Of a stretch of DNA of 64,000 nt, positions 62,261 to 64,000 are shown piece by piece (position 1 is the first letter of the stretch; each line of letters starts with the position of its first letter). The DNA is from Acidobacteriota bacterium. Lineage in GTDB: Bacteria; Acidobacteriota; Thermoanaerobaculia; Multivoradales; UBA5704. The stretch spans positions 1 to 64,000 of the forward strand of contig JBDTZG010000017.1 of the NCBI GenBank assembly GCA_040005235.1. Direction: 5' to 3'. Position numbers and translations under genes: made by a program. The notes under the pieces are model-generated. The model searched no databases and had not been told where the DNA came from. It worked only from the letters and a program-made list of their open reading frames with translations.

Positions 62261-62303
62261 GCATCACCTTCCGCGCAACCCGCGCGGACTTGTTTCGTTG
62301 CTC

Positions 62304-62343
62304 AAGGCCTCCGGCGGTCCACCGCCGGGGGCCTTTCGCGTTT
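62304..62343 (+). terminator. Intrinsic terminator
   Basis: AAGGCCTCCGGCGGT / ACCGCCGGGGGCCTT hairpin followed by a T-containing tail. Confidence 0.7.
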
Positions 62344-62367
62344 AGACTTAGAGCCGATCGATCCGTC

Positions 62368-64000
62368 ATGCGATTCACCCCTCAGAAGCTCCACGCTCTC
62401 CGCCCGTTTCCTCTCGTTCTAGCTCTCCTCCTCGCGGGGTGCTCCCCCACCCACCGTCCCGCCCCCACCGCTCCCAACCTCGTACTCATCTCGATCGACA
62501 CGCTGCGCCCCGACCGGCTCGGCTGCTACGGCGGCCGGCAGGTCGAGACGCCGACGATCGATGCGTTCGCCGCCTCGGGCGTCCGGTTCGCCAATGCCTT
62601 CACCCCCGTGCCGCTCACCCTGCCGGCACATTGGACGATCCACACCGGAATCGATCCCTGGCATCACGGCATCGTCGACAACGGCATGACACCTACGGGC
62701 TCTCCGGGCCTCACGCTCGGGGAGCGGTTCGCCGCCGCCGGTTACGACACGGCGGCCTTCGTTTCCGCGTTCGTCCTTCATCGGACGTTCGGGCTCGACC
62801 GCGGTTTCACCCTCTACGACGACGGTCCCTCGGCGGACGCCGCGCTCGATCAGCTGCTCCACGCCACCGGCCGCGCCGACGAACGGGTGGATCGGGCGCT
62901 CGCCTGGCTGCGCAAGCCGCGGACTCGGCCCTTCTTCCTCTGGCTCCATCTCTACGATCCCCATGCGCCTTACGATCCGCCGGCTGATTTCCGGGCCCGC
63001 TACGCCGGCCGGCCCTACGACGGCGAGATCGCGTTCGTGGATACCCAGGTGGCGCGCCTCTCGGCCGCGCTCGAACGGTCGGGCGCGGCGAGCCATACGA
63101 TCGTGGCGCTCCTTTCCGATCACGGCGAAAGCTTGGGCGAGCACGGAGAGCAGAGCCACGGCATCTTGCTCTACGACGCGACGCTCCGCGTGCCGATGAT
63201 CTTCCGCCTGCCGGGGCGCCTCCCGAAGGGGGAGGTGCGGAGCGACGAGGCCTCGCTCGCGGACGTCGCCCCCACCGTGCTTGCGCTCGCCGGCCTGGAG
63301 CCCCTTGCCGGGATCGACGGGCGCGATCTCTTCGGCGGCGAAAAGAGCGCCCGTCGCCTGGCGGCGATCTCCGAAGCACCCCTGCGGCGGTTCGGCTGGT
63401 CGCCCCTGTTCGCGATTCGCGGCGCGGGGTGGAAGTACATCGCGGCGCCGCGTCCCGAGCTTTATGACCTCACCGCCGACCCGTCCGAACGCCGGGACCA
63501 AAGCGGCCAACGGAGTGCCTTGGCGACCGACCTCGCGCGCGGCGCGCGGGGAATCGAAAAAGAGCTGAATGCGCGCCTCGCGGTCCCTCCGGCGTCCGAG
63601 CCGGATGCCGAGACCCGGGCGAACCTCGCGGCGCTCGGCTATATGGGTAGCGGCCGGAAGCCTGCCGGATCGACGCTCCCCGATCCGAAAGACGTCATCG
63701 GCTCGATCGCCGATTTCGACCGGGCCTACCAGCTGTTCGGCGACGGGCACCTCGACCAAGCGGAGGCGCTCTTCCGTTCGCTCGCCGCCAACTCGCCGCT
63801 CGGTCCGGGCTTCGCGCTGCCGGCGCTCGGACGGATCGCCCAGATGAGGGGCCGCAACCAGGAGGCCGAAGCGCTCTTCCAGAGCGAGCTCGACCACGAT
63901 CCCGAGGCGGTTTCGGCCCTCGCTCAATTGGCGCGGCTGGCTCTCCTGCGCAACGATCCGCAGACCGCCATTCTCCGCAGCCGCCGGCTGGTCGAGCTGA
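62368..64000 (+). CDS. Sulfatase-like hydrolase lipoprotein with C-terminal TPR repeats (partial, runs off the window end)
   Basis: My translation (absent from the ORF track): LLLAG-C lipobox, PNLVLISIDTLRPDRLGCYG, PLTLPAHWTIHTG, FFLWLHLYDPHAPY, YDGEIAFVD, SDHGESLGEHGE, LAALGY, then helical repeats. Confidence 0.88.
   Translation, partial: MRFTPQKLHALRPFPLVLALLLAGCSPTHRPAPTAPNLVLISIDTLRPDRLGCYGGRQVETPTIDAFAASGVRFANAFTPVPLTLPAHWTIHTGIDPWHHGIVDNGMTPTGSPGLTLGERFAAAGYDTAAFVSAFVLHRTFGLDRGFTLYDDGPSADAALDQLLHATGRADERVDRALAWLRKPRTRPFFLWLHLYDPHAPYDPPADFRARYAGRPYDGEIAFVDTQVARLSAALERSGAASHTIVALLSDHGESLGEHGEQSHGILLYDATLRVPMIFRLPGRLPKGEVRSDEASLADVAPTVLALAGLEPLAGIDGRDLFGGEKSARRLAAISEAPLRRFGWSPLFAIRGAGWKYIAAPRPELYDLTADPSERRDQSGQRSALATDLARGARGIEKELNARLAVPPASEPDAETRANLAALGYMGSGRKPAGSTLPDPKDVIGSIADFDRAYQLFGDGHLDQAEALFRSLAANSPLGPGFALPALGRIAQMRGRNQEAEALFQSELDHDPEAVSALAQLARLALLRNDPQTAILRSRRLVEL

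Overview
A 64 kb, very GC-rich bacterial chromosomal segment. The gene content (duplicated MacB/FtsX permease, sulfatase-TPR lipoprotein, IPTL-CTERM protein) suggests Acidobacteriota, possibly Thermoanaerobaculia; this is inference, not a database result. From left to right it holds: a purine/allantoin catabolic cluster interrupted by a toxin-antitoxin (TA) pair; a yyaL-like gene and a permease; a housekeeping run (recN-tsaC-SpoIVB peptidase-beta-propeller-coaD-add); an FHA-GGDEF cyclase; secreted proteins; a 2-oxoacid:ferredoxin oxidoreductase; xerD; leuA/leuB-like genes; a membrane metallophosphoesterase; an orphan parA; a sulfate ABC operon (CysA-USP fusion, OprP-like porin, frameshifted sensor kinase); and three TA modules in total. 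The most notable feature is a translationally coupled ECF sigma / membrane anti-sigma / lipoprotein TPR-CHAT (caspase-like) protease module followed by an S8 subtilase. A bipartite motif with ECF-promoter geometry, GTCAGAAmCG-N12-CGAA, occurs three times: before the anti-sigma gene, before the adjacent subtilase, and before a subtilase paralog 13 kb away. This points to a small protease-controlled regulon. Three unexplained tandem arrays are also present (20-21 bp, 21/105 bp higher-order, 13 bp). I found no rRNA, tRNA, CRISPR array or transposase. All calls come from reading motifs by eye; no searches were run.
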